A stretch of 61,684 bases of DNA, the filler included, from an uncultured bacterium (lineage in GTDB: Bacteria > Latescibacterota > UBA2968), in the NCBI GenBank assembly GCA_964471275.1. It is 7 parts of 7 records of this genome, joined end to end, with 100 filler letters (N's around TTAATTAATTAA, not from the genome) between each part and the next. Parts side by side here need not be neighbours in the genome. Positions count along the whole stretch, not along the records: positions 26,769 to 35,489 come from CAYYGZ010000198.1; positions 35,590 to 44,223 come from CAYYGZ010000200.1; 5 more parts are not named here. One strand, given 5' to 3'. Below are positions 31,102-40,033 of this stretch, in pieces. Position 1 is the first letter of the stretch. The number at the start of each line of letters is the position of its first letter. The notes beneath the pieces were generated by a model. That model had not been told where the DNA came from and ran no database searches. It saw only the letters and a program-made list of their open reading frames with translations. The position numbers and the translations under genes were made by a program.

Positions 31102-31252
31102 GAGGACTCGCGAATGATCGGGTGTGCAGGGGCTGAAAACGACGATCCGGCGTCTGGTAGAGTGAGGTGAATAAATCGCAGCGACTGCGGTCGGTCAAGG
31201 ACCAATTCCGGATCAGTTGATCGCTTGACTCGATCGGGTCTCTTGGCTTTCT

Positions 31253-34150
31253 TTGCGCATTATATCGTTGTTTTTCAAAGATGATACGAGGAGTTGCTGC
31301 TTGTCAGAGTCGCACGATTCCCCTGCGAGAAAGCGGCGGGTCCGGAGGGCGTTTCGATACGTCCTGTTCCTGGGGCTTACGACGTTGCTCTCGGCCTGTT
31401 CGAGTGATGATCGCCCAGCGATCGTCCGCCAGGACGAGCCCGGATACACGGGTCTGGAACGCTGCGCCCTCTGCCACACGAACCTGTATGGCGAGTGGAA
31501 GCGCAGCCTTCACAGCAAGGCGATGGGGGTGCCGGCGGATTCGACCGTCGTCGGCGATTTCGGTGATGTGCGCCATACCTACGGCGGCGTCACGTCACGG
31601 ATGTATCGAGACGAGACGGGCTATTATATGGAGACGCTCGGGCTCAATGGGGAGATCCAGCCCTTCCGTGTCGATTACACGATCGGTGTCCGACAGCACC
31701 AGGCCTATCTGACGACGTTTCCGGACGGCCGTCTCCAGGTGCTGCCCCTCTACCACGACGGTGAGAAGGGAGCCTGGGTCGACGCACAAGAAGGTCGGGT
31801 TGTCCAGAGCGACAAGCCGCTGAGGCCGGGGGACTTCTATTTCTGGGCGAATCGGGGTCGATCCTGGAATTACCATTGCTATGATTGCCACGCCAGCCGC
31901 GTGCACAAGCACTACGATTACGAAGCGGATCGTTACGAGACCACGGTCGGCAACCTGACGATCGACTGCGAGGCCTGCCACGGACCGGGCAAGCTCCACG
32001 ACCAGACGCTATCCACCCCGGGAGGAGACCTAAACATCGTGGAGCTGGAGCGGCTTCCCGTGGACGAGCAGATCGAGGTGTGCGCACAGTGCCACGCGGC
32101 CAAGGAAATCATTTCGAAGGGATACGCCGCGGGCAAGCCCTTCTACGACCACTACACGCTGCATCTACCGGATCACGAGACCTTCTACCCGGATGGACAG
32201 CCCCGCGTGTATCTGTATCCAGCGGCCCTTCATCTGATGAGCTCCTGCTACACGGAGGGCGACCTGATCTGCACGAGCTGTCACGACCCACACGGGTCGG
32301 ACCACGAAGTCGACCTGATTGCAGACAGACGGACGACTGCTCTCTGCGAATCATGTCATCAGGAGATCGCCGCAGATCCGACTGTCCACTCACGTCACAA
32401 GCTCGCAAGCGACGGGAATACCTGCGTCGGGTGTCACATGCCCTACCATCGCGTGACGGGCGAGAAGATGACCGATCACCGCATCGCTTCACCATCGCCG
32501 CGAAATACAGAGTTGTTCGGTGTGCCCAATTCCTGCAATGCAGCCGATTGCCACGCCGACAAATCCGCTAAATGGGCCTCCGAATACGTGGATGAATGGT
32601 TCCCGGATTTTCAGGATCGCGAGGCAGAGTTTGTACAACCGTACTTCCGCGGCAAAACAGGCCGGCAGGTCGCCATCGGCCCGCTGAGAGAACGGTTGAG
32701 GGATCCCTCGACCGGACCCGTTTGGAAGGCTGTCGCAGCCACGCTGCTGGGCAAATTGGCCGCGCAATCGGCTGTGGACGATCTCGTAGTCGCCCTGTCC
32801 GATCCCTATCCGATGGTCCGAATCCGTTCTGCGGTTGCTCTGGGCCGGATCGGCGATGTCCGCGGGATCCCGCCTCTGGCGGCTGCTTTGACGGATTCGA
32901 TCCGATCGGTCCGCATCTACACCGCGTTTGCCCTGCTGGATCTGGGCTACCTGCCGCCAAGTGGCGAAGCACGGGAAGCCCTGGATCTCGCGCTCGCCGA
33001 GTATGAAAAGATGGTGGCCGATCTGCATCAGGACGATCCCGGTTTGCTCGACGGTCTGGGAGAGCTCAGAGAGCGGTCTGGCGCCTACGGGGAGGCCCGA
33101 CAGCTGTTTCAGAGGGTTCGTAAACTGGACCCGAGCCATCCGGAGACGGAGTCCGATCTTGCCCGCATCACAGAGCGGGAAGAGCGGTTCGCTCACGGGG
33201 AGCTCATCTTGAGAAGGGCCGTCGAGTCCCTGCCGGAGGACTTTGGGTCACGTGCTCGTCTAGGAGGATTCTATGATCGACACCATCGAACCGAGGCAGC
33301 TGGTCTGCAGTTGCGGGGTGCCGCAGTGAAGCTCTCCTCGCCATCCGTGCTCCTGGCCGAGGCCAGAACGTTGGCCGCTGAGGGAGATGTCGAGGGCGCC
33401 ATCAAGTCTGTTTTGAAAGCGCTCGACGCGAGTCCACGACACCGTTCAGCCGCTCGAGATCTGGCCCTTCTGGTGCTATCATCGAGTGCGGGTATTCAGG
33501 ATGTGCTGGGGCCGAGCCCCCAGTCGGCCTGGGGATGGTGGGTAAAGGGGCACCAGCTGACAGAGGATGGCCGCCTCCCCCAGGCGAGGCACGCATTCTC
33601 ACAGAGCCTTTCACACGAGGCAGCGCTCCTGGCGGCGGATTCGAGTGATGTGCACGGTCTCGTTGGCCTAACCCGTGGGGCTTTATCGCAGCTAGATGCC
33701 TGGGCTGAGCGCACCTTCGAACACGGACGGGCTGCTTTCCAGGCGGGCAACCTCGCTGAGGCTGAACGGTATTTTGGTGAATGCATCTCGCTTAGCCCGG
33801 CGGATTCGCGAGGGTACCTTCTGCTGTCCTTGGTCCTGGATGCCGGAGGCCGAGATGCGGAAGCTGCTTCTGCGGCTCTCGAAGGATCCGTGCTCGATCC
33901 CGATCTGGCAGATTGGCACGGCGTTCTGGGATCCCTGTCACAGAAGGCGGGTCGCGTGAATGAAGCCGTCACATACTATGAGACTGCCCTGGCTCTCAAC
34001 CCACGGACACCAGGTATACACCTGAACCTGGGACAGTTATATATGGTGCAGGGAAAAAAGGATAGTGCCCTCGTCCTTCTGAAGCGATTGCTGGCGGTGG
34101 ATCCCGCGAATCAGCCTGCGCGTCAAATACTCAGCGAGATCGAGGGGTAA
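31253..34150 (+). CDS. Multiheme c-type cytochrome with HEAT repeats and TPRs, probable lipoprotein (start uncertain)
   Basis: 7 CxxCH plus CNAADCH; lipobox LSA-C; HEAT (ALSDPYPMVRIRSAVALG); TPR C-terminus. Confidence 0.88.
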   Translation: MRIISLFFKDDTRSCCLSESHDSPARKRRVRRAFRYVLFLGLTTLLSACSSDDRPAIVRQDEPGYTGLERCALCHTNLYGEWKRSLHSKAMGVPADSTVVGDFGDVRHTYGGVTSRMYRDETGYYMETLGLNGEIQPFRVDYTIGVRQHQAYLTTFPDGRLQVLPLYHDGEKGAWVDAQEGRVVQSDKPLRPGDFYFWANRGRSWNYHCYDCHASRVHKHYDYEADRYETTVGNLTIDCEACHGPGKLHDQTLSTPGGDLNIVELERLPVDEQIEVCAQCHAAKEIISKGYAAGKPFYDHYTLHLPDHETFYPDGQPRVYLYPAALHLMSSCYTEGDLICTSCHDPHGSDHEVDLIADRRTTALCESCHQEIAADPTVHSRHKLASDGNTCVGCHMPYHRVTGEKMTDHRIASPSPRNTELFGVPNSCNAADCHADKSAKWASEYVDEWFPDFQDREAEFVQPYFRGKTGRQVAIGPLRERLRDPSTGPVWKAVAATLLGKLAAQSAVDDLVVALSDPYPMVRIRSAVALGRIGDVRGIPPLAAALTDSIRSVRIYTAFALLDLGYLPPSGEAREALDLALAEYEKMVADLHQDDPGLLDGLGELRERSGAYGEARQLFQRVRKLDPSHPETESDLARITEREERFAHGELILRRAVESLPEDFGSRARLGGFYDRHHRTEAAGLQLRGAAVKLSSPSVLLAEARTLAAEGDVEGAIKSVLKALDASPRHRSAARDLALLVLSSSAGIQDVLGPSPQSAWGWWVKGHQLTEDGRLPQARHAFSQSLSHEAALLAADSSDVHGLVGLTRGALSQLDAWAERTFEHGRAAFQAGNLAEAERYFGECISLSPADSRGYLLLSLVLDAGGRDAEAASAALEGSVLDPDLADWHGVLGSLSQKAGRVNEAVTYYETALALNPRTPGIHLNLGQLYMVQGKKDSALVLLKRLLAVDPANQPARQILSEIEG

Positions 34151-34173
34151 GGAATCGTGAGGAGAATTGCTGC

Positions 34174-35409
34174 GTGTTGAGCCGCCTGATTAGAGAGCTG
34201 AAAGCCTACCGGAGAGCGCTGGGGATGGGTGTGGGGTGTCTGGTATTGGCTGTTACGGCCTTTGGTTTATTCTATCCGAACGGGGATGTCTACTTGAAGC
34301 GGGTGGCGGAGAAACCTGCCTTCATCTACCGCACTACGGGGGACCAGACCTGCGAAGGATGTCACCGAACCCTTGACCCCGGGATTGACCTCGCGTGGCG
34401 GAGATCCGTTCACTTCAGGGCCAATGTCGGTTGTGCAGACTGTCACGGCGAAGATCACGAGGTAGTGCTCGCCGCGAAGGGGAAGGTTTCGGCCGGCGTG
34501 TGTGGGAATTGCCACGGTCAGGTCGTGGATGACTACGCAGGGAGTGCCCACGCACAGGCGGAGGTGGTGGCCCTGTCTGACGCAAGATATATCGCCCAGT
34601 CTGCGGCGCTTCAGGAAGAGGGCTGCATGATGTGTCACGCGACGGGGACCCGATTCGAGGACGGTAGCGTCGGTGGCTGTAACGAATGTCATCCAGGACA
34701 CGAGTTCAGTGCCGAGTTCGCTCGCCAGCCGGAGGCTTGCGAAGTCTGCCACGGAGGGCCGGATCATCCCGTAAGCGAGGCGTATCGTACGAGCGTGCAC
34801 GGGACGCTCTATTTCACGGATCGGGATGAGACGAAATATCCAACCTGCTCGAGCTGTCACATGCCGAAGGGATTCCACGGGCACGTTGAGAACCTGACGC
34901 TCGGCCAGGTCCTGAACGGGGCTGTGCTGGAAGACCAGTATTATCCCAGCATCCCGATGAAGCGGATCTCGCGGAAGGAGTTCGACGCTAACCGAAAACA
35001 GATGCTGTCGGTTTGTGCTCCGTGCCACGGCAGCCGGTTCAGCAGGGAGAGCCTGGAAAGAGCCGACCAGATCAAGCAGGAAGCGGACCAGATCCTGTCG
35101 GAGGCGAGGGCCGTAATTCAAGCACTCTACGACGATCGATTCCTGGACCCCATGCCGGAGGATCGTAGACCCAACCCAGTCACCGGTCACGTGTTGGAGC
35201 TGGGGGGCCAGCAGCTTTATGAGGACACCTCTGAGATCGAGCAGGCATTTTTCCGACTGTTCAAGTTCTATCACCCGACGACTTTTAAGGGCGCGTATCA
35301 CAATTCACCGGACTACACGCACTGGAAGGGCATCGTCTTCATGAAGATGGAGTTGGACAAGATTCGAAGTGAAGCAAAGAAGCTCAGATGGCTTGCGGGG
35401 TCGGAGTGA
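34174..35409 (+). CDS. Octaheme cytochrome c, hydroxylamine oxidoreductase (HAO)-like family
   Basis: 8 CxxCH; CHGGPDHP, SVHG, C-terminal GAYHNSPDYTHWKG; N-terminal TM anchor. Confidence 0.85.
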   Translation: MLSRLIRELKAYRRALGMGVGCLVLAVTAFGLFYPNGDVYLKRVAEKPAFIYRTTGDQTCEGCHRTLDPGIDLAWRRSVHFRANVGCADCHGEDHEVVLAAKGKVSAGVCGNCHGQVVDDYAGSAHAQAEVVALSDARYIAQSAALQEEGCMMCHATGTRFEDGSVGGCNECHPGHEFSAEFARQPEACEVCHGGPDHPVSEAYRTSVHGTLYFTDRDETKYPTCSSCHMPKGFHGHVENLTLGQVLNGAVLEDQYYPSIPMKRISRKEFDANRKQMLSVCAPCHGSRFSRESLERADQIKQEADQILSEARAVIQALYDDRFLDPMPEDRRPNPVTGHVLELGGQQLYEDTSEIEQAFFRLFKFYHPTTFKGAYHNSPDYTHWKGIVFMKMELDKIRSEAKKLRWLAGSE

Positions 35410-35489
35410 GTTGGTTTATTTCAAATGAATATGCATGTGTAAAGTAGAATTCTGTATGGGCAAGTCACTCTCTAGTGCTAATTCAATGT

Positions 35490-35589
35490 NNNNNNNNNNN
35501 NNNNNNNNNNNNNNNNNNNNNNNNNNNNNNNNNTTAATTAATTAANNNNNNNNNNNNNNNNNNNNNNNNNNNNNNNNNNNNNNNNNNNN
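35490..35589. other. Artificial contig spacer
   Basis: N-TTAATTAATTAA-N linker. Confidence 0.98.
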
Positions 35590-35772
35590 TCGGTATACAT
35601 CCCGCCACAGCAGCTATTCGTCAGTCAGCGGACTCCTGAGGCCGTCCTATAGCAAACGGAGTCTGTAATCCATTTCATTTCTACCGTCGGAGCGTTCGAG
35701 GATAGTTTGCCGTCCTGAAAGAATCTGCGGAGGGCGACCGCATTTCAGACGCCCGAAGCCCGAGCAGGACAG

Positions 35773-35819
35773 TCCGCCGTGTCAACGGCGGATGGTAGAA
35801 GCGGACCCAACGCTTCTAC
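35773..35819. repeat. Two adjacent perfect hairpins (REP-like or terminator)
   Basis: TCCGCCGT-gtca-ACGGCGGA and GTAGAAGCG-gacccaa-CGCTTCTAC, 7 nt past the APC gene stop. Confidence 0.6.
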
Positions 35820-35826
35820 GGGACGA

Positions 35827-37860
35827 TCAATTCTGGCGGATAAACATATCACAAGCATCCCGAATCGCTGCCGCCGGACCGATAAAGTAGACCTGGTCAT
35901 TCTCCTCGATGACCGTATCTCCGCGCGGCACCACGAATTTGTTGTCCCGAATAATCGCTGCGATCACACACTCCTCGGGAATATCCAGCTCACGGATGGG
36001 GCGATCCCCAACGTGGGATCCGCCGGGCACGATCACGTCCAGAACGCTTGCCGCTCCGATCCCAAACTCGAACAGCTGTGACAGACCCGGTCTGTCGAGA
36101 AGACTCTCGATCATCGCCGCGGTCGTCCACGGCGCGCTGATCGCCACGACATCGTTCTGCTCCAGCAGCTGTGCATACTCGGGATCCTGGACAATCGCAA
36201 TTACCTGCTCCAGTCCCATCTGTCTGGCCTGGAGGGCAACGATCACGTTCCGCCCATCATCCTCGGATGCCGCGATCACCACGTCGATATTCTCGGTTCC
36301 CACCTGCTCGAGTACTTCCTTTTTCGATCCATCGCCCTGGAAGATCGGCGTATTGAAGCGACGCTCGATCTCCTCGCAAAGGGTCTGGTCTTCTTCGATA
36401 AAGGTGATCTGATGTTCAGCCGAACGGAACATCACCCGCACCTCATCCTTTGCCAGAAGCCGGTTGGCGATACTCTGGCCCTGCGTCTTACCGCCTACGA
36501 TCAGCACGCGCATTTGCGTCCTCCTCCATTTCGCGATCAGCAGCCTGTATTTGCTTGAAAGCGCCGTCCCGATCTGCGCCACCTCGGCACGATTCTCTGC
36601 TCGTGCCAGGTAGATGGCGCTCCCGATTAGGGTGAGCAGACCACCGAGCACAAAACTCCTCGGCTCAAGGGCCGGGACAAACATCCACGTCGTAATGACA
36701 CCCAGGATGGGCATCAAGGGATAGTACCACGTCTCGAACGGGCGCCGTAGGTTGGGCATCTTCTGGTGCAGCGGGATGACGGCATAGTTGATGATCCCCA
36801 ATCCCATCAGGTAGCCGAAATCACTGAGCGATGCCACGAACTTCACGATCCCCGATGAGCTGAAAACCACCACGATCGCCGCACACACACCGAGCGCAAT
36901 GTCCGGCGTCTGATACTTGGGGTGCAATCGGGAGAAGAAATGCGGGAAGTGCCTGTCGCGACCCAGCGCAAACAGGATCCGCGCGCTGGCCCCCAACGTC
37001 ACACTGAACGCCGACAGACTGGCCATGATCGTTGCGATGATCGCCGCCCAGCGTCCCCATCCCCCAAACAGCCGGTCCGCGAAGTAGATGAATGGCACGT
37101 CGCTCTGGGCCAACTCCTCGTAATTAACGACACTCATCATCACCCCGACCACCAGGATGTAGATCACCGTGCTCACTCCGAGCGTGATCAGAATCGACCG
37201 GGGGATATTCTTGTGCGGCTCGATGATCTCTTCAGAAGCATTCGAGATGAGCTCGAACCCGACATACGAGATATAGATCAGCGCCATAGCCGGGATAAAC
37301 GGCCCCCATCCCATCGGCGCCAGCGGTTCAAGGTTGGCCGGCTCGATGTCCGTCAGACCGAGAAGTGCGACCCCAATCAGCACCGCCAGCTCCACCAGGT
37401 TCATGACGGTGATGACGATCAGCGCTTCCCGCATCCCCACGTAATTCAACGCCGTAAAGACAACCGTCGTGGCCAGGGCAATCAGCGGGATGCTCGCATC
37501 CGGAATGAAGTACGCTCGGATCGTGAGGGCAAAGATGAGCGCATACATCGCGCAGGCGAGCGTATTGCCAATCCAGAAGAACCAGCCCGAGAAGAAAGCA
37601 ATCGGCCGGCTCATCGTGCGGCTGGTAAAGGAGTAACCGCCTCCAGCGAGCGGAATCGCCGCCCCAAGTTCGCTGTAATTCAGCGCAGTAAAGACGGTCA
37701 TCACGCCCATCACCAGATAGACGAGGATCCCGAGCGGCCCGACCATATGGGCCAGCTCACCCGGAAGGGCAAATATCCCCGGCCCCATCGTGGCCCCGAT
37801 CCCGATCATCACGGCCATAAAAAGGCCGATATTTCGCTTAAAAATTACTTGCTCTGGCAA
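35827..37860 (-). CDS. APC-family amino acid permease fused to TrkA-N/TrkA-C (RCK) domains
   Basis: GATMGPGIF, YSELGAAIPLAGGGY, YVGFE, RLHPKYQTP; then GDGSKKEVLEQVG, AIIRDNKFVVPRGDTVIEEND. Confidence 0.92.
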   Translation of the reverse strand: MPEQVIFKRNIGLFMAVMIGIGATMGPGIFALPGELAHMVGPLGILVYLVMGVMTVFTALNYSELGAAIPLAGGGYSFTSRTMSRPIAFFSGWFFWIGNTLACAMYALIFALTIRAYFIPDASIPLIALATTVVFTALNYVGMREALIVITVMNLVELAVLIGVALLGLTDIEPANLEPLAPMGWGPFIPAMALIYISYVGFELISNASEEIIEPHKNIPRSILITLGVSTVIYILVVGVMMSVVNYEELAQSDVPFIYFADRLFGGWGRWAAIIATIMASLSAFSVTLGASARILFALGRDRHFPHFFSRLHPKYQTPDIALGVCAAIVVVFSSSGIVKFVASLSDFGYLMGLGIINYAVIPLHQKMPNLRRPFETWYYPLMPILGVITTWMFVPALEPRSFVLGGLLTLIGSAIYLARAENRAEVAQIGTALSSKYRLLIAKWRRTQMRVLIVGGKTQGQSIANRLLAKDEVRVMFRSAEHQITFIEEDQTLCEEIERRFNTPIFQGDGSKKEVLEQVGTENIDVVIAASEDDGRNVIVALQARQMGLEQVIAIVQDPEYAQLLEQNDVVAISAPWTTAAMIESLLDRPGLSQLFEFGIGAASVLDVIVPGGSHVGDRPIRELDIPEECVIAAIIRDNKFVVPRGDTVIEENDQVYFIGPAAAIRDACDMFIRQN
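36511..36527 (-). promoter_or_regulatory. Internal SD plus in-frame ATG at the start of the RCK module
   Basis: GGAGGAGG-6 nt-ATG (36513), giving MRVLIVGG. Confidence 0.6.
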
Positions 37861-38033
37861 ATCTGACGCTCGCTTAGACGTTGTATGAAACTAGCCTTAA
37901 TTCGACTTTCGTAGGCGAGCCAGTAGCCAAAATCCAGGCTTGACGCTACCGATAGGGGTGCCTTGGGGACGTTTTTTCGCGATACGTTTGGTGAGGTCAT
38001 GTTTTGCACGTTTGCCACCCCTGCGGCCGCACC

Positions 38034-38059
38034 CTTTCGTGCTTTTCGTGTCTTTCGTG
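38034..38059. repeat. Degenerate 9-bp tandem repeat, TTTCGTG core x3
   Basis: CTTTCGTG CTTTTCGTG TCTTTCGTG in an intergenic region. Confidence 0.6.
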
Positions 38060-38602
38060 GTAGGCTCTTATGTCGAATCAAGATTAGTAAGTGATACTAT
38101 CGGCGAAGAGCCCTGCCAGAGCTGGACACCGAGACAACATAGCACGTCACCCATTCCGTGACGAGCCCTTGCGCTGCGGACATCCCGGTGTTCCTTTAGG
38201 TCGCTTTCACGCACGACCGGCGAGATACTCACCGCGAGTCCGGACAGGCAGTCGGCGCAATGAAGGGTTTTCAAATTGAGCTGTCAAGCAAGCAAGGCGA
38301 TGTGCCTCGATCAAGTTGTGATCCACATTCCTGTGCCATAGATTGCGTGGCAGATAAACGCACACGAGCCGGACAAATCAGCCGGAGTCCTGGTGTTTCG
38401 GAGGTGTCCTCTGGGAGATCGCCAGGCCCACGATGCACTACCAGAGCCTGCCGCTCGCGGAAGGCGGAACACCCCGAGCGAACCGGGCATCCGGACGTGA
38501 CACGGGGACAGGTGAAAAACTTGGTCCACATCCATAGCAGGAAAAGCAGGTCAAATTGCCGTGGATTCTGTCTCCACTCTCGCGCCGAAAGGAAACACAG
38601 GG

Positions 38603-39445
38603 ATGGGTGAACGCACGCACGTCAGCCACAACGGTGAACGTCCAATCATCCCCCGCGAGCACGGTGCTTGGATGATGATCTACATACCGGCACTGGTCGG
38701 CGTGTCGAGTCCGGGACAAATAGACCTCTTGCCGGCTCTTATCTTCTTCGTGGCCCTCACGGCAACCTTCTTCATACAGAACGTCGTTGGCGACATCATC
38801 CGCGGACACCCTGAGCACGGAGCCTATACGTGGTTGATCGTCTACGGAGCTCTTCTGGGCACGGCCGGCGTCGGCCTGATCCTGGTTGACCGTCTCTTGC
38901 TGGCCCCCTTCCTGGTTCCCGCTGCGCTCCTCTTCGGGTTCCAGATGATCTACGTCTGGCCGCGGCACAAAAGACTCTCGAGAGCTCTGAGCGTGGGTCT
39001 CGCGACGACAGCCATCTTGACATCGAGCGGCGCTGCGGCCGCCGTTGCGGCAGATCCGACAGATCTGACGACGGCACTCGCTGTCTGGGGACTCTGTGCG
39101 CTGTTCTTCTGCGGAAGCGTAGCCTTCGTGAAGGTGCGCGTTGGGTCGATGGGGAAACGACAATCCGGTTCAGGCGTGGTCTGGCCGAATGTGCTCTCTG
39201 CGGCCCTGCACGTCCTGCAATCCGCGATCTGCATCTCTGCCTGGTTGGCGGCGAGCACGGGCGCCGCGCTCTGCCTCACGGCAGCCTTCACACCCTCGAT
39301 CGGACGGGCCGTCCTGAGAAGGCGTAAACCGATCGATCTCACTGTGAAGGGGCTTGGGTGGCGGGAGGCGGCACTTGCCGTTTGGTTCGCAGCCTGGGTC
39401 GTCGCCGGGATCCGCGTGGGCCTCGACCCACTCTACCCGCCATAG
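38603..39445 (+). CDS. YwiC-like membrane protein
   Basis: IPREHGAWMM, FFCGSVAFVK, KGLGWRE; multi-TM. Confidence 0.85.
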   Translation: MGERTHVSHNGERPIIPREHGAWMMIYIPALVGVSSPGQIDLLPALIFFVALTATFFIQNVVGDIIRGHPEHGAYTWLIVYGALLGTAGVGLILVDRLLLAPFLVPAALLFGFQMIYVWPRHKRLSRALSVGLATTAILTSSGAAAAVAADPTDLTTALAVWGLCALFFCGSVAFVKVRVGSMGKRQSGSGVVWPNVLSAALHVLQSAICISAWLAASTGAALCLTAAFTPSIGRAVLRRRKPIDLTVKGLGWREAALAVWFAAWVVAGIRVGLDPLYPP

Positions 39446-40033
39446 ACACGCTGGAGCGAGAAAAGCAGCAGCTGAAGGAGTCACCGGCGCCTGCCTATCG
39501 ACAGGCAGCCTGGATAGGGTCAGTCGAGAAGAACGACCCGGTGCCCGCCGGAATTCACGACCTGGTGATCACATTCACCTTCCCCGGTGTTACTTACCTG
39601 GACGAGAACGGAGAAGTCGAGCTTAACGGCGTGGGCCTGGATCTGTTCCCGAGTCGAGGCGATAGACTGGTTGGGGAGAGTGCGAGCGAAGATGGTTCGT
39701 CGGTAACGTTGAAGCTGAACCTGCCCGATGGTCAGACATACGTCCTGTTCGTGCTGCTGGAAGATGCCGAGGATGCCGTCGACTACCATTTCGGCTTCGT
39801 GTCGCTGTCTGACGCGACGGTGTCAACAAAGGACCCCGGATCCCACGCACTCACACCCGGCGGTAGGACAATGAACTTCGCAAGCATGCGATACTGAAAG
39901 ACGAGTAGCATTGCCGCCAGCGCGATCAGCGCAGTGACCACGTCTCTGGAAAAGCCCTCCTCTCGATCAGCCAAGTCATTCTGCTATGGTCGCCAGCAAC
40001 CGTATCTGGACCACCTTCGCCATCACACTTAGT

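Noticed and set aside
38300..38330. FNR/CRP-like half sites (ATCAA, TGTGA) upstream of the YwiC-like gene
   Set aside because: Only half sites; no complete palindrome
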